Shown here one piece after another: positions 25,001 to 37,879 of a DNA stretch of 64,000 nucleotides. The stretch is taken from positions 14,818,001 to 14,882,000 of the forward strand of contig NC_087247.1 in assembly GCF_037042905.1 (NCBI RefSeq), in the 5' to 3' direction. The DNA is from Lytechinus pictus (Eukaryota). The position numbers were made by a program, and so were the translations under genes. The notes under the pieces were generated by a model. That model did no database searches. It was given only the letters and a program-made list of their open reading frames with translations, and had not been told where the DNA came from. Numbering within the stretch: the first letter of the stretch is position 1; every line of letters begins with the position of its first letter.

Positions 25001-28000
25001 TGTAGGGACAGTGATTTTCCGTTTAAAAAAATTGCCTTTTCCGTTTCAGAAAATCTCAAATTCCGTTTCAGCATGTCAGAAAACGGAAATTCTGTTTCCC
25101 CATAGACTTTGTACACACGGAAAAATGACAATTCCGTTTACACATTTAATAGCAAAATCACAACACGCACACTCGCACTGGTCAAAATTTGTATCTGCTA
25201 CTGTACCAACAACACAATAAAATCCGTTCTAATCGGATCTATGCGGGTGCATAAAATATTTCTACACACCCATTTTGCATGCATACATCCTCACCTTTCA
25301 TATTATTAGCATTATTTCACGGTGAAATGATATTTCATCGATAATTTGGGGGGTTTTTGGACATCGTTATCATCAGTCAACGGCTATTGCCAATCCGCCA
25401 TCTTGGATTTTAAGACCACGATATCGTGCTGTTACATCTTCAAACGTAGAGGGCAGCAACACACGACCGTGTAAGGAGTTGAACGATATGTGTGCATGTG
25501 AAGCCCAACCCGGCCGGCCGGGTACGGGTACGGTGCGGGGTACAATCGAGTGTGCTGATGTCAAGTGCAGTCACGATGTGTGAATTGTCATGATAGTAGC
25601 GAAGTGAGATCGTGTTTTCTGGGTTTTTGGGGCAATTTAATATTCTCATTTTGTTGTGATTTTGGAGTAATTTCTGTTGCTATTCTGTGTATTTTGAGGG
25701 AAAATACGTTTTCCGTGATTTTCCGTTTGAAATGCCACTTTCCGTTTCAAAAGGCCCTTTCCGTGAATTCCGTCCGTTTTCCGCGATCGCGGAAAATCAC
25801 TGTCCCTAGGGGTGGGGAATATCTCATTTCATCATTTTTATGATTAATTGCATATCAGTATAATGAAAGGTTTCAACCTTCATTTTTTTTGTGATTTCAG
25901 ATGGTGATTCACTTGCAGCTCAAATAAATTTTATAAATCTGCAGACCCATCCAATTTAAAATAAACTTCTGAACTAACCCTTTATAGTTTTATTTTCTTA
26001 CATAGTTAAATATATCAGTTTCAAGTAGTGATTTTAATCAAAATATCAACGCTTTTGGTGGGAATTGTTATTTTAATTGTGTTTTGCTATATCAGTGAAA
26101 TTCGATTAGTTAATTATCAAAGGTTGTGACCATTCATAGTAAGAAGTAAATTGACATTTTTTAATCCAGTTTTTCCAGCAAGGCCATTTTTAAAAGGGTA
26201 CTTTGAAAGGGAAGACGATGCTCACTTTGTAGGGGCATTTGTAATTGACACAAATACGCTCATTTACTTGACAGCCCTTAGCATGGAGCAGGACATTCCA
26301 GACTATGATATGGACTCGGGGGATGAGAGATGGTTGAGTGAAGAGGCAAAACTCTTCACAGATATCACTCCTCTCAAATTTGAGATCATGATGGACAGAT
26401 TGGAAAAGGGGAGCGGTCAGAGGGTAAGTACGAATCCGAACAAAATAACACACGGGCTTGGGGCGATTTCATCCCCAAAATGCTCAAAAGAGCTCTGGAA
26501 ATCCCCATTCATTGCAATGGTAAAGTTTATCCAATGTCGCAAATTTAGGTAGTAGACAGTAGAGTCTGAAAAGTAGCTCCCCAAAATAAAAATAAAAAAT
26601 AATTTTTTGCTTGGGTCACCTTACCAGTAAACTTGTAATAATAATAAGTACACCTTCCATTAGTGTAATATTCGCATAAGTCTATGCATTGTTTTTTTTT
26701 TAGACCAGATTATGAAAAACGTGTACCTCTTTCTAGTCAAATTTCTACTAAGTTTAACAAATTACTGCGGTCCGAATAGAGTTGAATTGTTATATAGAAA
26801 TTAATGCATGGAAATAATTTTCATAAACATAAACAACTCATTTAACTTTGCAACCGTCTATGGCAACTTCCTTGGAAACCATGATTTTGAATGGCTTTCA
26901 AGCCATGTTACCATGGTAGTTGCCACAACTGCAATGCTGCAATAGTTGTAACTCCTTTATGAAACTGCCCCTGATCTATAAAGTATTATATTGTTCTTTT
27001 TTTTCATATCGATATTTGGAAAAACTTTGTACACAAAAACATTTTTATAATGGGGGGGGGGGGGAGGTAAAACTTTGTTCTATAAATTGAAGAAAAACTC
27101 AACATTTTGGCTTATTTAGTCTGTTTTAACATGTTCATCTAAATCAATGAGTCTATTGCTTGCTTGGTATAATTGTATGATTGCCCTTAGTGATGCTTTA
27201 AATAGGAGTTTCTATAAATTTCCCAATGTTATACACATTTCAGGGTATTGGGGATATTAGTGTTGTTTCATATCCATGACATTCTGTATGTCACGTCTAT
27301 CCCGTTACGAAGAAAGGGCACTTTAGGGGCTCCTGTATGACAACAAATTACATGTATCCTGTAAAGCTACTATTTTTGTCCTCTATCATCACAATTTTCA
27401 GGTGATGAATCTGAAGGATGCCAAGGCTCTTTTGAAAGAGGATGATGATCTAATCATAGCAGTCTATGACTATTGGCTCAACAAGAGAGTCAGAGTGGTA
27501 AGTGTTTACAAATCTTAATTGTTCTCTCTCTTTCATATTAAAGTGCTATCAACCATGCATCAATAAAATCCGGTACATATGTATTGTCATTATTGACTTG
27601 TGATAATAGTTAAGGCATGCAAATTGGGAATTTCCTAATATTCTCAATCTTACATGTATCATCAACCATGTTCTTTGCTAGAGTGCATTCTAATTGGTTC
27701 ATTTTCTATTAACCCAGGGACATGCGCTGATACCCGAGGTCAAACAAGAGAAGCGTGATGGCTCTACCAGTAATAATCCCTATGTAGCTTTCAGAAGACG
27801 AACAGAGAAGATGCAGACGAGAAAGAATCGCAAGAACGACGAGGTTTCATATGAGAAGATGCTCAAACTCAAGCGAGACCTTTCCAAGGCAGTGTAAGTT
27901 CCTTTTGATATTCAATTAAGGCGGAACTGCAAATCTGGCAAACCTTGTCCAACAAGTTGCAAAACGATTGTTAACATCATACGTATGTCTTTATGGTAAC

Positions 28001-31000
28001 ACCCCTGGCTTTCTCATTGATTGCTTTGTAATTATAAGGTAGCAAGTGTTGTTTTATTCCAAATAATCAGTTAAGTTTTGTGTGAAGATTTTCTTCGCTA
28101 ATGGAGATCGGCTATTCATCAGCAAGTATTTTGTATGGGGGGGGGGATAAGTTAGTAATATTCTTGTAGCTTTTGAAATTTTGGAACTTGAGGTTGTAAT
28201 AAGGTGTGAAGATATATGATCTCTGTCTCATGGGGGAGGGGTGCAGTCTTCTAGAATAATTTGAAATGTCTTTGTTTTGTCCTCATGATTTATTTATGAC
28301 TATTGCACGTCAGCGGATATCTAGTTCAAGGTTTCTTGTTTTTCATCTTCTCAGAACATTGCTGGAGATGGTCAAGCGAAGAGAGAAGAGTAAACGAGAA
28401 AATCTTCACTTAACGATAGAAATATTCGAAAAGAGGTAAGAATCAACATTAGGTATTATAACCAAGTACCTGTTTGCAGAGTTGATATCGTTAATTGTCT
28501 CGTAGGAATTCTGACATTGAAGAAATATAGAAATTGGGTTGTCAAAATTAAAGTAAATATGGAATAAAAAAATGCATAATTTTCACCATGCGTGTTATCT
28601 TTGGAAGCTCTCTTGCAAAATATTTTGTAGAGATCTTTGTTTAAAAGATGAATCTTGACCGGATGGTGCTAATTGCAGCATTTTTTAAAATTCAGAATAA
28701 CTTGTGATAATTATGCCTGTCTGTCGATAATTCATTGAGATCAAGATAGACTAGAAGTGCAACCTGAAAGCAATATGTATTCACACAACAAATATGTCAC
28801 ATGTATTTAAAAAAAAGGCCTACATGCTATAGTTGCATCTTAATCTTTCTCCTTTCCTGACATCCCTCTGACTCTCCTTATCCTGTTTGTCCTTTATATT
28901 ATTGTTGGTTATGCTATATTGTAAATATTTTTTTCAGGTATCAAATGGATGATTTCTCAGGGACCATTTATGCCGAGTGTGAGGAACTCAGCAAGAAACA
29001 ACCTTCATTTACGATACCTGCTATTCCTAATGGCAACCAGTATAATACATGGGGTGCCAAGGTAAATGTCTACTCGCATGGATAAATCATTGATACTTAA
29101 TCTCTTTCTCCTACTTTCTGTTTATCAAAACATGTTGATGTGATTATTTATGTTTTGGTTTATTCACATTACTGGGTTTTTTTCGAGGTCCTAGAGTTTC
29201 CTCCCTTTCAGTTTAATTTTTGGGAAATCTCAAAGACATTTGTAGGAATTCCTTTTTTTAACATATGATTAGCCCTAGGAAACAAATTCTTCATGTATAA
29301 AAGGAGATGAGCTTCCTACTTATACCTGTATATGACTTCAAATTATCATATGAAATTTTATTTATGTTAGGGATTTTTAAAAAGCAAATTAGTTATGGTC
29401 AAGTTTTAGAATAGTGCAAAAATCAATGAATTAATTAAGACTTTAGATCTTGTGTTAATGTAATTATTGATAATTGCTTTCCTTTCATATTTTTCAGGAT
29501 GAGAATCTAGTGAAGAAGAAGAGGGAATACAAGAAGAGGAAGCACAAAACTTCTTCAGACAAACCCCGTCAATCATCATCCAGTCCTAGAGACAGGCATG
29601 TTATTGAGCCTCGTATATCAGACGAAGACACAACGGTTACACAACCTTCAAAAGTGAGTTTCACTCCGGTGATTTTAGATATTTGAAGTTTTCCCGGAAA
29701 AACACAGATTATTAATGCTTGGGTTTTTTTTGGCGAATATCTGTTAATGATGAAATTAATGAGCTGTTTATCACTGGGATTTTTTTTTTTTTTGGGGGGG
29801 GGTTATTTCAGGGCTTCAGGATAAGTAGATACTGTGAAGCTTTATTTTTGGATGACACAAAATCTATGCTCTCCTTATTTATGGGCAGTGAGACTGATTT
29901 CGTCTCATCCCTTACTTTTGGACAGCTACTTTTCACAAGCTTTTGTCTAATTCTGCAACATTGGATATGCTTTAACTTTGCATGGAATGGGGATTTTCTG
30001 GGGCTCCTAATTGATTTGTCAGGTTTGGTTTTTTTTAAACATTTAATTTTGGGGTCAAAATTGCCCCGAGTCCCTGTGTATTTCTTCCCCCTGATTTGTT
30101 TGAAAATCTATTGATAAAAGCAGAGAGCAAACCATTAAAAAAAATGTTTGGCGATTAAATATGCATGTCATATACACATATACATTGTTTCTTAAGATCC
30201 TCACCCCCCCCCCATGAAGACCTGGGGAGCGTTTCATCAACATATTCGTCCGATAAGACCTGACAACTTTTCTTGATTTTAATTGGCTGAGAGGTACTGT
30301 TACCATAGTAACTGTCGGATAAAACGTCTGACAAGTCCTTTCATGAAACGCTTTCCAGGAAAAAGTTAGCCATGAAAATAAGTAAAGCTTCTCATATCTT
30401 TGAAGGATGCTGCTCTTGCAACTTTTTTGCCTTATTAAATGATATTCCTTAGTCAAAGTAGTTCCATAATAATATTTTTTTATATCATGACTGTTCATGC
30501 AGAAATCTCCTATGCATATCTTCTTGCTGTTATAAACAAATAATATTGATGTCCTGTAACATGTGTTGATAATGTTTGTTTTTGTTATCATGCAAACAGG
30601 TGCAATCATTATCAGATCAGGAGGAGGAGAATGATCCCGATGGTATCTATGCATTCAGAAGAAAGAAGGGCTGCAATTATCATGCGGTAAGTTCCTTTAT
30701 CCTACCCATTCAATTAATTACCAGTGTTGTAGTGCCTTGACGCTCTACTTTAGGTATAAAGATGTAGGTATATTACGTTGTCAGTGCATTGACTTTGAGT
30801 GGTAGGGCTTTGACTACATTAATGTTGAATACTTTGTTTCAGTATCCTACGCGTAATCTGAATCTTTGGTTCTTTTAGATCCTACTCTCAACAAACTACA
30901 TATTTCTTGTAGAGGGTAGCAGGACATTTGATAATTTGTTATGAATTAAACAAAGAGCAATATATTGATTATGAGGAGTTATGTCACAGAACATTTGCAA

Positions 31001-34000
31001 TTTGTATCTTTGTATAGGTAATTTTTTTTTCAAAGCTTCAAAAGTCATAATTACTTTTAGGCCTTCCCAATATATAGGATCATATATTTTCTTAGGGTAT
31101 TATAGCGGGTGATCTTTGACTACCTGAGTATATCAGGCATGATATTTTCGGGATTAAAATCGGAGTTCCGATATAAATTTTTTATTTTTTATAAAAAAAA
31201 ATTTAAACATGAAATCCTTTGCTTAAGAACATTCTCATGCTGTTTTTTACTGTTTTTTTTTAGTCAAATGATAAAGCTATCATGCAGACTCACCTTGAAA
31301 AATCACTTTTGATTTCTTTACTATGCAAGATCTTGTAACCCCTACTGGGGTGCCTTGGACTTCGGCGGGGACTTAGCCACCCTTAGCTACTTTTCAGATT
31401 TTTTTTCAGAGGGGAATATCATGCCTGGTATATGCAATATCATTTAGCTTTTCTAAGCTGTCTGATTCTGGTTTTCCTGATACACTTTCATAGTTCTCAA
31501 AGTAGCACAATGATACCTGAGATAAGACCATCTAACCCTTGATCACATTTTTTTTCTTCAGCCTAACCCAGAGCTGGTCTGTGGGTGGCCTTGGTCAGAA
31601 GGCCAACACAAGGGTCTTATGGAGAGGCGATACCGTTACTGTTGCACCTCTATACGAAGGCCTAGGAAGTGTATTGGCTTTAGCAGGAGAAGAATCGGTA
31701 GAGGCGGGAGGTAAGATATCTCTAATTTCTGTCTTGAGTTTGTCATATCTTCAGGTTAGGGAGTAGGTAATTAGTTTTGTTTCTGCTTTGACTAAAATCT
31801 TTAAAAAAAAATTGTGTTGTGAATCACATCTCTACTGTATTACTTTATTTTACCTTATCCAAAGGAAGCATAAGAAAATGTCCATTCCCAAATTGTGTTT
31901 TTTGTATCTGCATGGATACATACTATACTTGATAGAGTTCGACATTTAGTTTTTGTCTTGCCTGCATAGCAGAGCGAGACTATAGGCGCCCCTTTTCCGA
32001 TGTCGGAGGTGGCGTTGTCAGTATCGATACCTTAACCAAAGTTAAGTTTCTGAAATGTCATCATAATGAATCTTTTTCATAAAATTTGGACATAAAGGTA
32101 ATCGAGTATCACTTATCATCTTGCATGAGTTTCAGGTCGTACGATCAAGGTTAAAGGTCATTTAGGGTCAGTGAACTTTGACTATGTTGCAGGTATCAAC
32201 ATTGAAATCTTGACCAATGTTAAGTTTTTGAAATGTCATAACTTAGTAATATGGGCCTTTTTCATGAAACTTGGACGTAAGGGCAAACAAGTATCACTAA
32301 TCTTGCCCAAATTTCATCCCACATGATCAAGGTAAAACGTCGTTAAGATCAATGAACTCAATATTTTATTAACATGTGAAAGATGTTTTTATGTATAATT
32401 GTTTATCTTGGTTGTTTTCCAAGTCAAAACTGCTGCTATATTGAATTGCATAATGCAGGCGAGATTGCTAGAGGCAGTTTATCCAAGAAGCACTTTTCAA
32501 GGAAGATGTTTTCCAGGGTAGTTTTCCTGTCCAGGAACCTGTCCTGTTGTGGAATGGTATTTAGAATTGGCAAGAATTTGTCTTCTTATTTTCAGGATAA
32601 TCTTAGACCGTGCAAGAACGATGTGGGATGATGATCTAGATGATCTTGATGACCATTCATACCCAAGGAGTCCATCACCAGTATCTTCATCGGATGAAGA
32701 GGACTATCCGGTATCACCTGTAGATCCCAGACCCTCACAAACCAGTCTTCCACTTAGTCAACTCCTTGAAGAAATCAAGGCAAAAAGAATGTAAGTTAAC
32801 CAACAAAATGGTTTAAAGATTTAGTATCATTGAAAGATATACCTGCATTGGTGAGATTTTTTTTTGTAAAGTGCATTTTAATTTGTTTGAATTCTTGTTA
32901 ATGAAATTGAAGTATGTGTATTTAAAATACTGGCTGAAGTACTCTTTTCTTTTTGATTTATCGAATTGATATTGAGAAACAAAGTTTTCTTTTTTAGGTT
33001 CTTTTAATAAAAGTGTCTACCTAACTTAAGGACAAGTCTTGTAGAGGGTCAGTAAACACAGTAGGAACTCTTGATTTTTCAGCCGACATGCGATTTGGAA
33101 TATTCCTTAACCAATTTTAATATGGGAAATGTTCATTTGATTCACTTGCAGATCACACTTCAGACCAAAGACGCCCCCACCCAGCAAAGAAAGCCAGTCA
33201 TTCTCATCGTATCCCTCCTCCTCTTCATCATCCTTCCATCAGTCGTCATCGCTCTATCCTTCCTTGCTATCAGAGTCTATCTACATGAGCTTCCCAGAGA
33301 GACCTCCTACATTAAGCCATACTACTTCACTCTACACCCCTTCTCTGGATACTGCCTCCACCTCCGCATTCCTGGACCCCTCTCTTGAGGAGGAGATCAT
33401 AGTAGATGTGTCCGACACACCAGGGACGGTCATGTCTACGTTAGAACTCAACAGCGAGGGGTTGGACAGCGTGCCGGATACGCTGGACTTGCAGTCCATG
33501 GAGGTGGACGTGGTCGGTCAGGACGGGACGCCCCCTGACCTCAACGTGTCGTTCACGTCGTTACCGAGGTCCAAGTTCAGTTTGGAACCGAGCGTGGTGA
33601 AAGTTTTATCTCAGGAAAGAACTGGTGTTCCCGCGGCAAAAGGATCCGTGCCAAATCATATACAAGTTGATGACACAAACAATGTAGAGATCGATAGTAA
33701 ATTAACAGGTAATGGAAACCACCTGATTGCTTTTGATTGGAATATGTTTGCATTGTTCACACTTTGGAAGCAATTTGCAAATTTCTTAACCTGCGGAATC
33801 AGCTATCATGGAGTTTTGGGAAAATTAATAATGCCTCCATCCACCATAGGTGGTTGCGAAGAGCATTTTCTTATTTGTGTTTTCTGCTTATCTCGTCATC
33901 CTACTTTTGATCTTGCGATAACTACAGAGCTGTTTTATGTATCATCTTAAAACTTGGTCATATTTGCATAAAGATGTGATGATCTGATATTATAGTCACA

Positions 34001-36183
34001 AGGTCTAAGGTCATATAGGTTGTTCTAAAAAAATATCTTCCTCGCTAAAACTAGAAAAACATTTGTGGAATCAACTCCAAACTTCTCCATGTCTATATCG
34101 GAGTGAACGTGATCAGATTTTTAGATCATGAAGTCAAATGTCACAAAGGTAATTATGAATATGAAAATAGCCTGCTCTTGCACGAAATGAAGGAATACTA
34201 TTTGAATGAATAACTTGGGGTCAAAGGTCATAGAGGTCATGGCTGGTCAAAATCTTTTGAATAAAAAATTAATTTAGTTAACAATTCCATTTGATTAGAT
34301 AATTTTTTTTTATTATATTAGAAGTTAATTGAGTAATACATTTCAAACTTGGCAATGGCAGAAGCATAAATTCAACTGCTTCCAGTTGAGGGTCCATCTA
34401 GTTTGTTTGATCTGCATCTCTCGTTTGACTCTTTCTTTCTATAAAGATATAGAAGAATACCCATGAAAAGACATTTTAATTGTATTTGAAACTGAAATAT
34501 ATTTACACATTTCTTCAACTATTTGGTGTTCTTTTTTATGGAAATCATCGACTTAATCCTGACCATAAACATGGTGAAATTAATGTGTTTAATCATTAAA
34601 AGTAAAAAATAATGATGCATAAATGAATTTTGACTGAAAATACAATTTACATTGGATTTGTACCCGAAATCAAGTTTTTGAGCAATCATGGTTCTGACAT
34701 GCACTTATGAAATGTTGCATTATTTGGAAACCGCATACCCAGGGGTCTCAAAAGTTGTGCTAAGACTTGAAAGAGAAAAAAAAGTCATGGCATGACACGA
34801 CACAACACCTGCTTTTTGCGTTGCAGATTTTATTGGGAATAATGTCCGGGGGGGGGGGGGGGATGGTGAATCAGGCCTCATCCCCAGTCTTATCAAGGGT
34901 TAATGAAAGGGAAGACAGTCCTCACTTTAGAAGGATCCATTAAAAAATGTTTACTTTAGTTGGACACTTGCACAGGATTACTGTTGAGCACCAAGGCCAC
35001 ATGCAGATAGTACATCATCACATGTTATTTGAAGGGCATCAAAGCCATTTGTGAAGGCATCTGAGTCCATGGCCTTGAATGGCCTTCAATTCATTTAAGC
35101 CCCAATATTTCTCATTCACAAGGTTTATTTTGCATTTAGTACATGATGATATTTATGTGATTGTATGTTTACAGCACCACAGGGCCATTCCACTGCCCCT
35201 GCAGATACAGTACTACAGCTTAATTTCCCCTTACCGCCGTCGACGGGCAACAAGGCATCGTCACTCCTAGCCTCCCTCTCCCAATCATCGCGCCTTGGTC
35301 AGGACAAAGCACGCACAAACTCTCTCACCGACTCTTGTAACAGTCTCCTATCCAGTACTAATACCAATTCACAAGACGACAAGATGAAGAAGAGGGAAGG
35401 TTCGTCGTTGCTGAGTTCTAAGGAATCAAGTCAGAGCAGTGGTTCACCAGCGAGCAACCTTTTGGCGATGGGGGTTAAGAGAAAGAATGATGTAGATACC
35501 ATCGCAAAGTAAGTCCTCCAATAAATACTTTATCAATAGGTTTAAATGTTAAGGCCACATGCTTTAATTCAACCCTTAGATGAGTTCATGTAGTATAAGT
35601 TTGTCAGTGACTCTTGTGGTCATAAATAAGCATAAAATAAATCCATTTATGCAGCAAAAATAAAAATAATCATTTATGATTTTTGGTTGACAACAAAATT
35701 TGCATTGACTTTGTAAAGGAAATCACGTTTTTGAGCAATTTTGGGTATAATATACCCTCATAAAACGTTGACTAATTTCGTAACTGCATACCTGGGCATC
35801 GCAAATTTGGTCTCAAATTATGCTTGAGAAGTGGGGTAAAAAAATTTGCACATCGAATTTATCGTGGAAAATGTCAAGGGAGGGGGCAGGAGGGGCATAG
35901 AGGTAAAAATTACCATAGTTGCAATTCTTTTTGTTATGGAAGGGGACCCAGGGCCAGTAATACAAAGATTAATGATTGATAACTAACATCAGACAACTTT
36001 TATTGCTTGATTGTGTGTATGTTTAACATCTAGTGCATAGAAGAATGATCGTCATTAGCCATTGCCTTATTTGACGAAATCTATATTTCTATTTTGTTCC
36101 CCCATCACAGGGAGAACCATGAGGAAAGTCCAGGAAGAAATCAAATACCTAGTAACAAATCGGTCCCCATGGAGGTTACGTGA
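21737..36183 (+). CDS. EPC1: Enhancer of polycomb homolog (NuA4/TIP60 subunit), complete, 14 exons, 2487 nt, 828 aa; join(21737..21889,24714..24870,26275..26423,27402..27497,27718..27893,28355..28435,28938..29061,29498..29653,30600..30686,31562..31710,32596..32790,33152..33708,35175..35508,36111..36183)
   Basis: EPcA N-terminus MSKLSFRAR...NRAVPQMPTGMEKEEES|EHHLQRAI, PDYDMDS, NPYVAFRRRTEKMQTRKNRKNDE; EPcB-type DPDGIYAFRRK and IGFSRRRIGRGGR|IILDRA; canonical C-terminal PMEVT*. All introns are GT-AG, phases are consistent and the total length is divisible by 3. EPC1 versus EPC2 cannot be distinguished in an invertebrate. Confidence 0.95.
22888..23066. repeat. Degenerate (AAT/GAT)n microsatellite
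   Basis: Direct inspection. Confidence 0.9.
24714..24870 (+). CDS. EPC1: EPC exon 2
   Basis: caacag|GAG CAT...CAG C|gtgagt; EHHLQRAISAQQVYG...QYIHVQ. Confidence 0.95.
25003..25808. mobile_element. Young non-autonomous hAT-like element in EPC intron 2
   Basis: Perfect 19-bp TIR TAGGGACAGTGATTTTCCG / CGGAAAATCACTGTCCCTA; many subterminal TTCCGT(TT) motifs; flanks share GGGGTG. Confidence 0.9.
26275..26423 (+). CDS. EPC1: EPC exon 3
   Basis: tgacag|CC CTT...CAG AGG|gtaagt; LSMEQDIPDYDMDSGDERWL...MDRLEKGSGQR. Confidence 0.94.
27402..27497 (+). CDS. EPC1: EPC exon 4
   Basis: tttcag|GTG ATG...AGA GTG|gtaagt; VMNLKDAKALLKEDDDLIIAVYDYWLNKRVRV. Confidence 0.94.
27718..27893 (+). CDS. EPC1: EPC exon 5
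   Basis: acccag|GGA CAT...GCA GT|gtaagt; LIPEVKQEKRDGSTSNNPYVAFRRRTEKMQTRKNRKNDEVSYEKMLKL. Confidence 0.95.
28355..28435 (+). CDS. EPC1: EPC exon 6
   Basis: tctcag|A ACA...AAG AG|gtaaga; TLLEMVKRREKSKRENLHLTIEIFEK. Confidence 0.94.
28938..29061 (+). CDS. EPC1: EPC exon 7
   Basis: tttcag|G TAT...GCC AAG|gtaaat; YQMDDFSGTIYAECEELSKKQP... Confidence 0.9.
29498..29653 (+). CDS. EPC1: EPC exon 8
   Basis: tttcag|GAT GAG...TCA AAA|gtgagt; DENLVKKKREYKKRKHK (NLS-like). Confidence 0.9.
30224..30356. mobile_element. Short MITE with central ATTGGCTG motif; relatives at ~2663-2829, 10061-10190, 26850-26972, 43440-43545 and 58138-58250
   Basis: GGGGAGCGTTTCAT...ATGAAACGCTTTCC inverted ends. Confidence 0.75.
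30600..30686 (+). CDS. EPC1: EPC exon 9
   Basis: aaacag|GTG CAA...CAT GCG|gtaagt; VQSLSDQEEENDPDGIYAFRRKKGCNYHA. Confidence 0.93.
31562..31710 (+). CDS. EPC1: EPC exon 10
   Basis: cttcag|CCT AAC...GGG AG|gtaaga; GWPWS...RYRYCCTSIRRPRKCIGFSRRRIGRGG. Confidence 0.93.
31950..32475 (+). mobile_element. HINE-like element; more decayed relatives at ~7480-7880 and ~33830-34400
   Basis: TTTTT-GTCTTGCCTGCA..GCGAGAC (subTIR plus nearby inverted repeat), internal tandem units with AAGGT.AAAGGTCA, 3' TGCAGGCGAGA. Confidence 0.75.
32596..32790 (+). CDS. EPC1: EPC exon 11
   Basis: tttcag|G ATA...AGA AT|gtaagt; IILDRARTMWDDD...LLEEIKAKR. Confidence 0.92.
33152..33708 (+). CDS. EPC1: EPC exon 12
   Basis: ttgcag|A TCA CAC TTC AGA CCA AAG...ACA G|gtaatg; SHFRPKTPP then a Ser/Pro/acidic low-complexity region. 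Confidence 0.88.
34580..34902. mobile_element. Fragment of a TTAA-targeting (piggyBac-like) non-autonomous element; related fragment at 35575-35890
   Basis: Ends AGGG|TTAA; shares tttttgagcaat...gcatacc..ggg..tc.caaa with 35575-35890. Confidence 0.55.
35175..35508 (+). CDS. EPC1: EPC exon 13
   Basis: ttacag|CA CCA...GCA AA|gtaagt; Ser-rich, phase matches both neighbours. Confidence 0.85.
36111..36183 (+). CDS. EPC1: EPC terminal coding exon
   Basis: tcacag|G GAG AAC...ATG GAG GTT ACG TGA; ENHEESPGRNQIPSNKSVPMEVT*. Confidence 0.92.
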
Positions 36184-37414
36184 AGAAAGTCATCATCGCC
36201 CCCCTCCGAGGGGCATGAATGCTAAGACGAATAACATCATAGCACGGACGGTTCGCTAGAGGTCATATGATTAAGAGCATTGTATATGTAGCTGCGTGGA
36301 CTTGTCACAGTAGAGAGTGAGAGAGAGAGAGAGTTGTGATCAATGGAATAGCTTTTGCGAGGTATTGTGAATGAAAGGAATTTTGATGTTTCAAGTTATC
36401 GTACATTATACATGATCTATCCTAGCTAGCTACGTCTCCACTTCACTGGAGGAAAAAAAATGAAAAGACGAGACGAATCCATCCTTCAAAGTTAACTTTT
36501 GATATGCAAGTCAATGAATTTATTCAACTTAAATTAATAAATATTACATATGAAATATTATACCAATGTTGGTCCATCTAGTTTTTCTTTGATTTGTAAA
36601 TAAAGATTAATCTTGTGGTTATGTTAGAAAATATTTGGAAAAAAATAAAAATAAAAAACGTGAACCATTGCCTTGAGTCAAGGCAATGGGTAGTCTTTTT
36701 GCTGCACAGCCATTAATACTATTTTATCCGTAGTGAGTTGAAACTTCTCCAAATTCTCTATTTGGGATATTTGTAGTTCCAGGAGCCTTATATATTACTT
36801 TGAAATTTACATGAAATGGGTATTCACGTTACTCCAAGATGTGATTTGTAATTGAATAGCATTTAACTAAATCTCTGTATTAGAGGGAAGAAACCGAATG
36901 GGTCACCGCACACGATCGTGTGTGAGAAGTTATTTTTGTCAACATTCAATTTAGTGATTTTCCATCGATACAAGCTTCGCTGGTAAATGATTGTGGCAAA
37001 TGTTACTTCTAAGGCTGTAATAAGTACGAGGGTTTGGCTGGTACAAAGGTAAATAATATGATTCCGCTTCAGCTCTGTAATATCGTGTACTACAAAAATA
37101 AAATACTGGTAACAACATTATCCATTGTGTCTGCTGAGATAAATCTGTACCATTTGCTGTACTGTGCATTAGGAAATCAATATTTTTATACCACATGTTG
37201 CTGATGCAAGACTCCACAGAATATGAATGTCTGAGGCATATTTTGTCAATTTGTGGCTCAAGCATTACCAGGTATTTAAGCTATGTAATGATTGTGAGAA
37301 GCAACAGGTCAGTGTATCACGATGTGGTGATTGATCCAATCAATCCCAATTATGGAAAGTCAGACACTTATGATTCAGAATGCGCATGTCTAACCAATTA
37401 CTCTTCATGTATGG

Positions 37415-37672
37415 AGGTGTTGAGGCTCAGTGGATAAGTCTCGGCAAGGTCCGGGGTTCAAATCCCACCGCAGCACTCGCGTCCTTTGGCAAGGCGTTCA
37501 TCTACGTTTGCCACTCTCCACCCAGGTGTAGTGAATGGGTACCCGGTAAGAAGGAATTCCTTGAATGCTCGAGCGTCCGATCAGGGTAGCTGTGACAAAG
37601 CCGGAGTAATAGTATGCAGCGCTTAGAAACATTTGTATTAAGCGCTTTATTAATGTTGCATATTATTATTAT
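37415..37672 (+). mobile_element. tRNA-derived SINE
   Basis: A box GAGGCTCAGTGG, B box GGTTCAAATCCC, core CACCCAGGTG..AATGGGTACC, tail GCGCTT...AAGCGC...(TAT)n. Confidence 0.88.
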
Positions 37673-37879
37673 TCTTTATACCAGTCAGCATATACCTGTT
37701 TACAAAGGGTCAATCCATGACTTTCCAGTCAACATGTAGGACAGGGCCTGGTTAAACAATGCTCCGCGATCGTTTGTAGAGCTGAATTTTATAATTGATT
37801 GCATTGATCGGTATATGTAATCACATCATACAAATCAACTGTACGGTCAATCTCTAAGCTTTGTGTTATCAAGCCTTAT

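Noticed and set aside
30055-30654. 199-aa minus-strand ORF
   Set aside because: It is antisense to EPC exon 9, runs through a MITE, has AT-rich intronic composition and shows no recognisable motif.
33071-33388. 105-aa ORF with a TM-like stretch
   Set aside because: It is an alternative frame of the TCA/TCC-rich part of EPC exon 12.
37415-37480. tRNA gene (also heads at ~12037, 20176, 44627 and 56797)
   Set aside because: A/B boxes are followed by a shared SINE core and simple-repeat tail, and I could not build an intact cloverleaf.
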